Below are positions 52,945-64,000 of a stretch of 64,000 nt of DNA, piece after piece. The notes under the pieces were generated by a model, which was given only the letters and a program-made list of their open reading frames with translations, was not told where the DNA came from and ran no database searches. Both the position numbers and the translations under genes were made by a program. Source of the stretch: Octopus sinensis (Eukaryota); the NCBI RefSeq assembly GCF_006345805.1, contig NC_043014.1, positions 32,426,001 to 32,490,000 on the forward strand, in the 5' to 3' direction. Position 1 is the stretch's first letter. Every line of letters starts with the position of its first letter.

Positions 52945-54290
52945 ATATATAAATATAGGGGTTGGGAACCACCAAGGATCAGTCCTCAGCACCCTCTTAT
53001 TCATCATAGTCCACCAGTCAGTAACAGGGGAATTCAAGACAGGATGCCCCTGGGAGCTTCTCTATGCTGATGACCTTGCTCTAATAGCTAAGTCACTATC
53101 AGAACTAGAGGACAAGTTTCAGGTGTGGAAGCAAGGTCTAGAATCGAAGGGCCTTGGAGTCAACCTATCAAAAACCAAAGTCTTAATAAGTAGGAAGGCA
53201 GACAAACAACAAATCCCTTCAGGTAGATGGCCCTGCTTGATCTGTAGAAAAAGTGTTGGTAGAAACACTATAAGATGTATCCAGTGTAAGATATGGACAC
53301 ATAAGAGGTGCAGCAATATCAAAGGAAGGCTAACTGGGAAGATAGTTTTTGTGTGTGGCAAATGCTCAGGAGCAATAAACACTGAAAGTTTGCAGAAAAC
53401 AGCTTCCATCACATTCCAGGGAAAAAAAAACTACAAGTAGTTGATAGCTTTCGTTACCTAAGTGACCAAGTCAGTGGGTGGGGGGATGCTCTGAAAGTGT
53501 AGCTGCTAAAATAAGAATAGCCTGGGCAAAGTTGAGGGAACTCCTACCTCTACTGGTGACAAAGAGCCTCTCGCTCAGAGTGAAAGGTAAACTGTATGAC
53601 ACATGTGTGCAAACAGCCATGATTCATGGCAGTGAAACATGGGCCATGACTGCTGAGAACATGTGTAAGCTTGCAAGAAATGAAGCCAGTATGCTCTGCT
53701 GGATGTGTAAGGTCAGTGTGCATACAAGACAGAGTGTAAGTGCCCTGAGAGAAAAGTTGGACTGAAGAAGCATCAGATGTAGCGTGCAAGAGAGACGACT
53801 GCACTGGTATGGTCATGTGTTATGTATGGATGAGGACAGCTGTGGAAAAAAAGTGTCACACCCTAGCAGTAGAGGAAACGTGTGGAAGAGGTAGGCCCAG
53901 GAAGACCTGGGATGAGGTGGTGAAGCATGACCTTCAAACATTGGGCCTCATCAAGATCTTTGGAGATATGCTGTACTTGAGAAGACCCAGCAAGCCAGGT
54001 GAGATCATAATCGTGTTCTATGCCAGTGCAGCATAACTAGCCCATTTAGGAGTACCCTTCAATCATTGTGCAATAAACTGCGCTTGTGAAGACCTTTTGA
54101 GGCAAGTGAAATCATTGTCATGGCCAATGACAGTACCACCTGAGTGGCATCCATGCAAGTGGCACCTTAAAAGCACCATTTGAGCATGATCCTTGACAGT
54201 GTCACCTGACTGGCTCCTGTGCCAGTGGGACATAAAGGATACAAGGCTCCATCTTTGGGAAGTAGTTAACACAGACAAATTCCCATTTGG
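52945..54290 (+). mobile_element. RTE-clade LINE, RT to 3' end, frameshifted, with embedded PHD-type finger
   Basis: HQGSVLS.LLF, WELLYADDLALI, VWKQGLESKGLGVNLSKTKV, CLIC..CIQC..HKRC..CGKC, F.YL, AWAKLRELLP, GRGRPRKTWDEVVKHDL. Confidence 0.95.
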
Positions 54291-54832
54291 AACTTGAGAA
54301 ATGTCTTGCATATTTTTACTGTTCCACTCACAGATTACACTTGTAATGTACAAATTAACCGGACAATTTCTCTTTCTGAAAATCCCAGTTAATCCAGATT
54401 TTCATTTCAGCGTTTACTAACAAAACCTAGTGCTCCAGTAATCATTGGTATGAATATGAATTCATAATCTGGATTCATGTATGTATGTAGTATGTATGTA
54501 TGTATGTATGTATGTATGTATGTATGTATGTATGTATGTATTATGTATGTATGTATGTATGTATGTATGTATGTATGTATGTATGTAGTAAGATAGAGAC
54601 AGACATACAGACAGAATTATTGACAGACAGACCGAGAAAAAGAAGAAAATGAAGTGTGCATCAGGTAAGGGGGGGGGTATGTCCCAGGACATTGAGTTTA
54701 GTGAAGGTAAAACATTATGTATGTATGTGTATGTGTGTGCATGTGTATATGTGCATGTGTATGCATGTGTATGTGTATACGCATGTCTATAAGTGTGTAC
54801 GGGTGTGCATGTGTATGTGTGTGATGTGCATT

Positions 54833-54865
<33 letters not shown>

Positions 54866-55222
54866 GTGTCTGTGTGCATGCTCAGACTGAGGATAGGGGT
54901 GTGATGGGGACAGCAGAGGAGGGTGTATGGATAAGGAAATAACTAGGAAAAGGGTAGGAGAGGGGAGGGGCGTAAATCAGTACATTTTAGTGGGGAAGGG
55001 GAAGAGGTGAGGGCACCAGGCTGGCTATTGTTCTGTTTTTGTCAAATATTGATTACTTGCACCTGCAAGGACACTCTTCATATGTGTGGTGTGGGGTTGA
55101 GGTCTGGATAGTAGGTTTGGGGGTGGGGAGGCTTTATGTGTTTGTAGTGGTGATGGCAGTGTGGCTTTGTGATGTGGTGGCAGAGGTGTAGCGTGGTGGT
55201 GGTGGTGGTGGTAGTAGTAGTA

Positions 55223-55273
<51 letters not shown>

Positions 55274-55869
55274 ATAGTAGTAGTAATAGCAGCAGTGGTG
55301 GTGGTGGCAGTGGTGATGGTGGTCGGTGTAGTAGTTGTACTAGTGACAGCAGTGGTAGTGGTGGTGGTGGTGGTAACATATATGGTGGAAGTGGTAAGTA
55401 GTGATGACAATGATGATGATGGTGATGATGATGGTGATGGTGATGGTGATGGTGACACTGATGTTGATTTGTGTGTGGATGCTGATCATCCCATCCTGAC
55501 TCCTGGTTCCTCCTACTTGCAGAGAAAAGCCAACAAGCAATCTACTCTTTATAAAACACTAAGACATGAATAGAGAGAGACTTAGCTGCTATTTCTTGCA
55601 TGTCATCTAACTATATAAAGGCTCCCTCACTGGCTCACAGCTCACTGATGGCTGGTGATGGTATGATCATCCAGCAGTGATAATGAGGAGGCGATAATGT
55701 CTTGGTGATGATGCAATGGTGATTGGGTGTTGTGGAGTTGATGATGGTGTCGTGGAGTTAATATCGGTTGTGTAGGTTGTTTTTGAGTCAAGGAACACAG
55801 CAGTGTGTGTGTGTGTGTGTGCATGTTCACATGTGTATTTGTTAGATATGGTTAAAATATATATTGTGT

Positions 55870-56420
55870 ATAGGCACATGACCTAGTGATTAAGGTGCTG
55901 CACTCACAATTGCAAGATCATGGTTTCAATTCATAGACTGGGTAGTGCATTGTGTTCTTGAGCAACACTGAAGCAAGAACATTAGTCATGGACAAGAAAC
56001 CAGAGCTAGAAATTGAACTTTGTTCACATATAATTCTTTATTGCCCACAAGGGGCTAAACATAGAGGAACAAACAAGGACAGACAAAGGGATTAAGTCAA
56101 TTACATCAACCCCACTGTGTAACTGGTACTTATTTAATTGACCCCAAAAGGATGAAAGGCAAAGTCGACCTCGGTGGAATTTGAACTCAGAAAGTAAAGA
56201 CAGACGAAATACTGCTAAGCATTTCACCCTGCATGCTAACATTTCTGCCAGATCGCCACATTCAAATTTTGTTCACATAGACCATCAACCTGATGTCTAC
56301 ATCCTTATATCTATCCAACTGTGTTTATCCAAGAAGTCTCTAACTGGAAGAAAATAAGGAATTCTCAAATCAGCACAGTGTCACAAATAAGATAGGAAGG
56401 AAAATAATTGAATCAACCCA
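55870..56420 (+). mobile_element. tRNA-headed repeat (family E) interrupted by SINE C; an inverted copy lies at about 58070-58480
   Basis: CATGGACAAGAAACCAGAG..TTGTTCACATAG.CCATCAACCTGATGTCTAC..CCAAGAAGTCTCTAAC is shared in opposite orientation. Confidence 0.7.
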
Positions 56421-56629
56421 ACTTTGCAGCACGAACATTCGATCACTATAAGCAAATCATTTGTGCAGGTCATTCATCAAAAGCTGAACGCTCATACATC
56501 GTCTTTGACAGGAAAGTCCATTATATATTGTATCAATGGTACAAGAAACTGTTGTTTGATGAAGTTGTTGCTTTTTGGCTATTTTAAAATTTTAACTTGT
56601 AAATCAGTACAGCAAGAGTTATGTTTCTT

Positions 56630-56920
56630 ACTGTTTTTGTTTGTTCCTTCTCGAGCCATACCTGGTTCATTAGGGCTGGTTTCTCAGTTTCCTTGGCGTA
56701 TAGGTTCCCCACCTGGACAGGACACCAGTCCGTCGTAGAGGAAGAGTGAGAGAAAGTTGTGGCGAAAGAGTCAGCAGAAGTTTGCCATTACTTTCTGCTG
56801 GAGTCGCGTGGAGCTTAGATGTTTTGCTCATAAACACACACATCGCCCGGTCTGAGATTCGAACCCACGATCCCTCGACTGTGAGTCCAATGCTCTAACC
56901 ACTAGGCCATGTGCCTCCAC
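56630..56920 (-). mobile_element. tRNA-derived SINE family D
   Basis: Reverse-complement head GTGGAGGCACATGGCCTAGTGGTTAGAGC...GGGTTCGAATCTC has canonical A and B boxes and is followed by a non-tRNA body. Confidence 0.85.
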
Positions 56921-57349
56921 TTACTATTATGTTTCGTACTACTGTTACAAAATTCTGTCATTTTCCTAATACATCATCGTCGTCATAATCATTAAATATC
57001 TGTTTTCCATGCTGGCATGGGTTGGACGGTTTGACCAGAGCTTGTAAGGCTAGGGGCTACACCAAGTTCCATCATCTGTTCTGACATGGTTTCAACAGCT
57101 GGATGCCCTTACTAGTGCCAATCACTCCACAGTGTGTACTGGGTGCTTTTTTTATGTGGCACTACACCAGTGCTTTTAACATGGCACCAGTTATCAAGCA
57201 ACAGTAGAGGGGAAAGCAAGCACAAAGATACAATACACACACACACACACATACACACACACTCACAAATATATATATATATATATGAGCAAAATGCCCC
57301 CTGTCCAATGGACGGTGCTGAGTTGTCAAACATTTAAACCAAATTTTCA

Positions 57350-57840
57350 CAAAACTATTTGTCTGACCGTCCCATAGGCCTCCCCTTTGAGAAACACTGA
57401 TTTAACCTAAAATTGAGACACCAGCAAAAGAAGAAATAAAGATAGACTTTCTTCTATTCCAAAGAAAAACAATTTTATACACACAAATATGCAACCAAAG
57501 AGTTTAAAGTACCAGTAATGATAAGTCTGTTGACTGGGAGAACACAAACATGGTTTAAACAGTAAGCTTGGCAGGAAAGAAACGTGCCTTTAAGCAGTAC
57601 AAACACAACAAAAAATGGAAGGTGCAGTTATGTACAGGTTGACGGAAGAAAAGCAGGACAAAAACAGCTTTATCGATCGCATTCTCACCTGGAATCGATT
57701 TTTGTAATTTTTTCAAGACTTATACATGCCCTGATACCGTAGGTATCAACATATCAAATTTGAGCTCAATCAGATGGAGGATGCCCGAGATCCTAGAAGA
57801 CACACACACAGACAGACAGAACGGATTTTATATAATAGAT
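57350..57840 (+). mobile_element. Possible non-autonomous Helitron/Helentron-like (HINE-like) element
   Basis: Ends in ACACAGACAGACAG..GGATTTATATAATAGAT, resembling HINE/DINE-type 3' termini. The 5' boundary is uncertain. Confidence 0.35.
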
Positions 57841-59356
57841 AATGGGCTTCTGCTCGATTTTTATTGGTCAGCTGAAGGCTATGATAGATGACACTTGTCC
57901 AAGATGCTGTGCAGTGGGGTTGAACCAGAAACCATGGGGTTGAAATAAGAGCTTCTTAACCACACTGTCATGTTCACATTTTATTTTTGTTGTTTCACAA
58001 CTTCTATGTCCTACAGGGGGGAGGGTGACATTTGACAGAAACAATAGACTACCAGACCAAATTGCAGTGTTTAGTCATGCTCCTTTACGTTGTGAGTTCA
58101 AATCATGTAATGGTTGATAAGATAATTCACCTTCATATCCATCTTCTGGAGTTGAGTAAAGAAATACCAGTCATAAACTTGGGTTGATTCAAATTATTCT
58201 CCTTTCCATCTTATTTGTGACTCTGTGCTGATTTGAAAATTCCTTGTTTTCATCCGGTTAGAGACTTCTTGGATAAACATAGTTGGATAGATATAAGGAA
58301 GGTTAGTAGTAGACATCAGGTTGATGGACTATGTGAACAAAGCTCAGTTCCTGGCTCTGGTTTCTTGTCCATGGCTAATGTCCTCACTTCAGTGTTACTC
58401 ACAACTAACACTTTATCAGAGCATTCCACCCATCAACATCATTGTTGTGGAAATCACTTTCAAAATCATACAACAAGCTAGGTAGATCAATGAATTAATT
58501 CCTTGTCCTTAATATGAAGTCATTTGTAATTATTCTAGAGACAGAGTGAACTAATCAATGTACTAAATTAATTATTCTTTTCTAAAAGGAAGAGCAGGTT
58601 CACCTTTAGCTCTTTCTCTATTGAGCAACACTACATGCAGTCATGTGATAATACAGGAAGTCATTTGGAAGGATTAACAAGCTTTGTTATTCCTTGTCGT
58701 ATGAATGTAATCATTTGTGTACTGTCTGAACTATCAGATAAGTGCTATATTGATTCACGGGTTTATATTGAATAAAGCTTTCAGATAAGGTGTCTTTGTC
58801 TTTCAATTGCCTCCCATTAAGATCATCTCTCTATCACACCCATCACCAGCAACACCCTCTCCACTAATACACTAATACTTCACACACTCCATTAACACTC
58901 TAATAACACTCTACTATTCCACTAACACCCCACTTCACAAACATGCACTTCAATACTCACCGAACAATTCACAAAACATTACCTACCCAACTCTTCATAA
59001 ACACATACATACTAATACTTCATTAATACCCTACAAATGCACACAAATACTCCACAAAATCTATACAAAGACACTCCTAATCTTCACTAAAACTCTACAA
59101 CTCACTCCACCAGTTCTCACTAAACTCTACAAACATACACCTCAGTACTCCAACAACACTCATTACTCCACTAACACTCTACACCCCATCCCACTCTAAT
59201 CTTCACAAAAGTTTTATTATGACAGTGGACATGACAGTATGGTCAAGAAGCTCTTATTTTAACCCCATGGTTTCTGGTTCAACCCCACTACACAGCATCT
59301 TGGACAAGTGTCATCTACCATAGCCTTCAGCTGACAAATAGAAACTGAGCAGAAGC

Positions 59357-59387
<31 letters not shown>

Positions 59388-59393
<6 letters not shown>

Positions 59394-59886
59394 GAAGGTT
59401 TGAAAATGCAATTTTAAAAGATGTTTATTCACTTGACCAGTTTCACTTTTTTAGAAAAAGATTGTCAAAAGTAAAATGTAAAAGCTTTGTTGTGTTAAGA
59501 AAAAATGGTAAAACAGGTCAGTTTATCTCAAATTCTTTGTAAACTCCTAAATATATCTCCTTCTGTGTATATATATACTACCAAAATATGACCTTTTTGA
59601 ATTTTCTGTGTATATATATAGATACTTCCAACAAACATGATTTTTAATGAAATCCTAATATTTTTAATGAACTTTTTAATATTTTCCTTGTAAATTGTTT
59701 TAACATTTTCTTATTATTATCAAAGAATGTATATATGTATTGTAATATTTTGTGACAACCAGTACTTAACACAACAAAGATTTTACAAAGCTTTTATATT
59801 TTACTTTTGACAATCTTTTTCTAAAAAGTGAAACCGGTCAAGTGAATAAACATCTTTTAAAATTGCATTTTCAAACCTTCTTTCAT
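59388..59886. mobile_element. Foldback element with a hammerhead motif in each arm
   Basis: Arms 59388-59499 and 59765-59886 are near-perfect reverse complements, flanked by (TA)n. Confidence 0.85.
59803..59843 (+). ncRNA. Hammerhead motif, degenerate core (mirror copy at 59431-59472, minus strand)
   Basis: ACUU-UUGACAA-U-CUUUU(UCUA)AAAAG-U-GAAA-CCGG-UC/AAGU. Stem I ACUU:AAGU, palindromic ACCGGU helix III, GUC triplet; the core differs from CUGACGA at 2 positions. Confidence 0.7.
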
Positions 59887-59934
59887 ATATATTTCCACTT
59901 GTGCAGTATCTTACAACTTCACTTTGTTTTATAT

Positions 59935-59970
<36 letters not shown>

Positions 59971-60229
59971 GTGTGTGTATGTTGTGTCTTTGTGCTTGTT
60001 TTCCCCTCTACTGTTGCAAAAAAGGTTTATTTGGAGAAGATATTTAGTTGATACAAGAGCTGCAGTTTGATGTTGATATTTTGTAGATGTCATTTGACTA
60101 TTCCTACACACTTTCATTTACATATGAGTACCATGATGATTATGATGACGGTGTTGGTAGCCTCTCATAGTCTGAGAAAGATGGTTCTTCAATTTCTAGC
60201 TAAACAACCTGCTCAAAGGATTTGTTTAT

Positions 60230-60615
60230 AGGCACAGGAGTGGCTGTGTGGTAAGTAGCTTGCTTACCAACCACATAGTTCTGGGTTCATTCCCACTGCG
60301 TGGCATCTTGGGCAAGAGTCTTCTACAATAGCCTTGGGCTGACCAAAGCCTTGCGAGTGAATTTGGCAGACGGAAACTGAAAGAAGCCCGTCGTATATAT
60401 ATGTATATAGTGTGTGTTTGTACCCCCAACATCGCTTGACAACCGATGCTGGTGTGTTTATGTCCCCGTAACTTAGCAGTTCAGAAAAAAAGGACCGATA
60501 GAAAAAGTACAAGGCTTACAAAGAATTAATCCTGGGGTCGATTTTCTCAACTAAAGGCAGTGCTCCAGCATGGCCACAGTCAAATGACTGAAACAAGTAA
60601 AAGTGTAAAAGAGTG
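60230..60615 (+). mobile_element. SINE family A
   Basis: Full copy. Confidence 0.92.
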
Positions 60616-61064
60616 ATCAAATGTTTGTGTTGTGCATTAGCTCACTTCTTCCATCAAATCGATGTTGCCTCAGACGTATGCATTGTGTACCACACATCAG
60701 GTGTAAGGGGATCATAGAGCAACATGAGATGAAGTATTTTGCTCAAGAACACAATGCACTACCCAGTCCAGGAACTGAAACCATGTCCGTGAGACAGTGA
60801 GTACAACACCCAAACTACTGCACCATGTGCCCTCATGATGTGTATAATTGTAAGGATATGGGTTTCAAATTTTGACACAAGGACAGTAACTTCAGAGGAG
60901 GGGTTTAGTCAATTACATCAACCCCAGTACTCAACTGGTACTTGTTTTATCAACCTCAAAAGGATGAAAGTTAAAGTCGACCTCAGATGAAATGCTGCTA
61001 ATCATGTTGCCCTTCATGCTAACGATTCAGCCATCTCACTGTCTTTATCATGATAATGATATTG

Positions 61065-61450
61065 CTCTTTTACTCTTTTACTTGTTTCAGTCATTTGATT
61101 GTGGCCATGCTGGAGCACTGCCTTTAGTCGAGCAAATCGACCCTAGGACTTATTCTTTGTAAGCCTAGTACTTATTCTATCGGTCTCTTTTGCTAAACCG
61201 CTAAGTTACAGGGACGTAAACACACCAGCATTGGTTGTCAAGCGATGTTGGGGAGACAAACACAGACACACACATACACATACATATATACGACAGGCTT
61301 CTTTCAGTTTCCATCTATCAAATCCACTCACAAGGCTTTGGTCGGCCCAAGGCTATAGTAGAAGACACTTACCCAAGGTGTCACTCAGTGGGACTGAACC
61401 CGGAACCATGTGGTTTGTAAGCAAGCTTCTTACCACACAGTCATTCCTAC
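61065..61450 (-). mobile_element. SINE family A
   Basis: Full reverse copy. Further partial copies at 26435-26595, 31430-31610, 36225-36830, 46430-46620, 48090-48210, 62150-62345 and 63830-64000. Confidence 0.92.
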
Positions 61451-64000
61451 ATAAATAATATCCATATTATTTATGTGGCTGAATTATTTACTATGCACTA
61501 GAGTTTTAATCTAGATAATGTTTTCTTTTTCTATATATATTTGCTGTATAGTAAAACTGTACACCTCTTCCTGTAAAAAGTGGTAGTAGGCAGCCATTAT
61601 AAATAGACCAGTATCCAGTTAACAGAGAGAAGGTTGAGAGTATATGTGGACTGTGTTGATAATCGTGTCTGTGCTGATATAGTAATTATACTGTGATACT
61701 GAGTGGACGTTATAATGATCCAAATTGTTGAAGATAGTAACACTGTATGACTGGGGGTTGTACAGTGCCAGAGAGAAGTATTCTATTGATGAGTTTGGAA
61801 TATAACAATATCTGTCAGAGCATCATGCAAAGACAGATTCAACAGTGGCAAAAGACCACTTTACAACAATGTTAACAACATGTAAGGCAGCAAGCTGGTG
61901 GAACCATGAGCTCTCCAGGCAAAATGCTTAACAGCATTCCTTTCGTGTTTATGTTCTGAGTTCAAATGTTGCTGAAGTCAACTTTACATTTCATCTTTTC
62001 AGGATCGATAAAATAAGTACCAGTTGAGCAATGGGGTCAATGTAATCAACTTACCCCCTCCCTGGAATTGCTGACCTTGTGCCAAAATTTGAAACCATTA
62101 TTTGCAACACTTGTAGTTTGACTTTGAAAGGGGTAAAAACAAAGTGAATATACATAGAATGTTTGTCCTTGTGTCTCTTTGTTCCTTCATCACTGCTTGA
62201 CAATTGGTGTTGATATGTTTGCTTCCCTATAACTTAGTGGTTTGGCAAAAGTGACTGATAGAATAAGTACTAGATTTAAAACAAAAATAAGTCCTGGTGT
62301 CAAATTGTTCAACTAAAATACTTCAAGGCAGTGCTCCAGCATGGCCAGAACAAACATTTGAAATGCTTTAGATGTTATAGAGCATAGAGTTGCCAGTGTG
62401 GCTGTTGCCAGTACCACCTGACTGGCCCTCATGCTGATGGCACATAAAAGCATCCACTACACTCTCAGAGTGGTTGGCTTTAGGAAGGGCATCCAGCTGT
62501 AGAAACTCTGCCAGATCAGATTGGAGCCTGGTGCAGCCATCTGGTTCACCAGACCTCAGTCAAATCGTCCAACCCATGCTATCATGGAAAGCGGACATTA
62601 AATGATGATGAGGAGGAGGAGGATTATGATGATGATGAGGACGATTATGATGATGATGAGGACGATTATGATGATGATGAGAGTTGTCTGATAGTATGTA
62701 GAATAGAATTGGTAGATAGAATATAGAATATACGAGTGGTAGATAAAATACAGTGTTAAGTTAGAATCCATACAAGATGAAATTCTTTCCATCCATCTTC
62801 TCCAGCTACTGTTCCTAGAAGGGTTATGGGAATAGTGTCCTCAGGCACCTTCTTCATAGGGTCCTGTCAGAAGCAACCATCATTGCACTTCCCAGCTTGA
62901 ATGTATATGCATTCAGATACTGCAGATTTAGAAAACAGGAAGAAATGGAGAAAGAAGCAGGGAATACTCTGATGATGATATCCTAAGTGTATTATAAAGA
63001 AGGGACAAATGTTGCTTTCAAATTTTGACACAGGGCCAGCAATTTTGGGAAAGGAGATAAGTCAATTACATCAACTCTGGTGCTCAACTGGTACTTATTT
63101 TATCAACCCTGAAAGAATAAAAGGCAAAGCCAGCCTCAGTGGAGTTTGAACCCAGAACATAAAGATGGATCAAATGCTGCTAAGCATTTTGCCCAGTGTG
63201 GTAACGATTCTGCCAGCTCAGTGCCTTAAAGAAAGGTAGATATTAATAATTTGAACTCAGGATGTAAAGACAGATGAAATACTGCTAATCATTTTACTCA
63301 GCTTGCTAATGGTTCTGCCAGCTCATTGCCTTAAAGAAAGGTTAAATATTAATAATAAAGACAAATAGTAGACAAAGACGAAGACAAAATAAACAGAGAC
63401 AGTGATAAAATACATACAAATAAAAACAAGAAAATAAGATGACAAAGGAATAAATGATTATCTTATGGACTTCATTAGCTTACAGCTGTTTCTGCTATTT
63501 CTGCTTATAGCTGTTTCTGCAGTGGACTCATAGTTGAGTGCTTGAGTAAAAACATATAAATGAAGAAATATATAAAAGAATAGGATTAAGTTCAGATTCA
63601 TGAAGCAGAGCTCAAGGTGCGAACTTCAGAAGAACAGTGGAAAGATCAGTACATGGAGGTGTTTGCTTAAGTGATATCAAACCAAATACACCAGGAACAG
63701 TGAAGACCAGTGATACTCAACTATTTTGTAACTATGGACACCTCTGATTCTTATTTTACTCAGATGGACCCACCCGGCATTTATATACATATATTGTGAG
63801 AAAGACAGAGAGATACAAGTATACATATATATATTACTCTTTTACTCTTTTACTTGTTTCAGTCATTTGACTGTGGCCATGCTGGAGCACCACCTTTAGT
63901 CGAGGAATCAACCCAAGACTTATTCTTTGTAAGCCTAGAACTTATTCAATCAGTCTGTTTTGCTGAGCCACTAAATTACGGGGACATAAACACACCAGCA

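Noticed and set aside
61600-61830. About 70-codon stop-free minus-strand frame in unique sequence
   Set aside because: No start codon, no recognisable motif, no convincing donor site.
941-64000. Numerous YI/CV/HT/LSIY-repeat ORFs in the track
   Set aside because: Translations of (TA)n, (TG)n, (CATA)n and (TATC)n microsatellites.

Overview
AT-rich, repeat-saturated eukaryotic DNA with one 100-N assembly gap (7096-7195). The SINE, LINE and microsatellite repertoire looks like a coleoid cephalopod (Octopus) genome; this is recognition from memory, not a database result. I find no convincing host protein-coding exon. Almost all long ORFs in the track are microsatellite artefacts or decayed transposon ORFs. 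Recognisable elements: mariner (DD34D), maT (DD37D), Tc1 and pogo-like transposase relics; RTE, CR1-type and R4/Dong-type LINE fragments; a Penelope-like (PLE) ORF fragment; and more than 25 tRNA-derived SINE copies. The main hidden signal is a set of minimal type I hammerhead ribozyme (HHR) motifs with palindromic helix III, inside short foldback or pseudo-LTR elements (4.5, 20.8, 39.9, 47.5, 59.4 and 59.8 kb). The best candidate for an undescribed system is at 39604-40005. It is a TSD-flanked element that joins a tRNA-like Pol III promoter, a (TAA)n spacer and a hammerhead. Its inverted 5' tail matches (17/18 nt) the 5' boundary of the Penelope ORF fragment at 11.9 kb. This suggests a Penelope-mobilised, ribozyme-bearing SINE.
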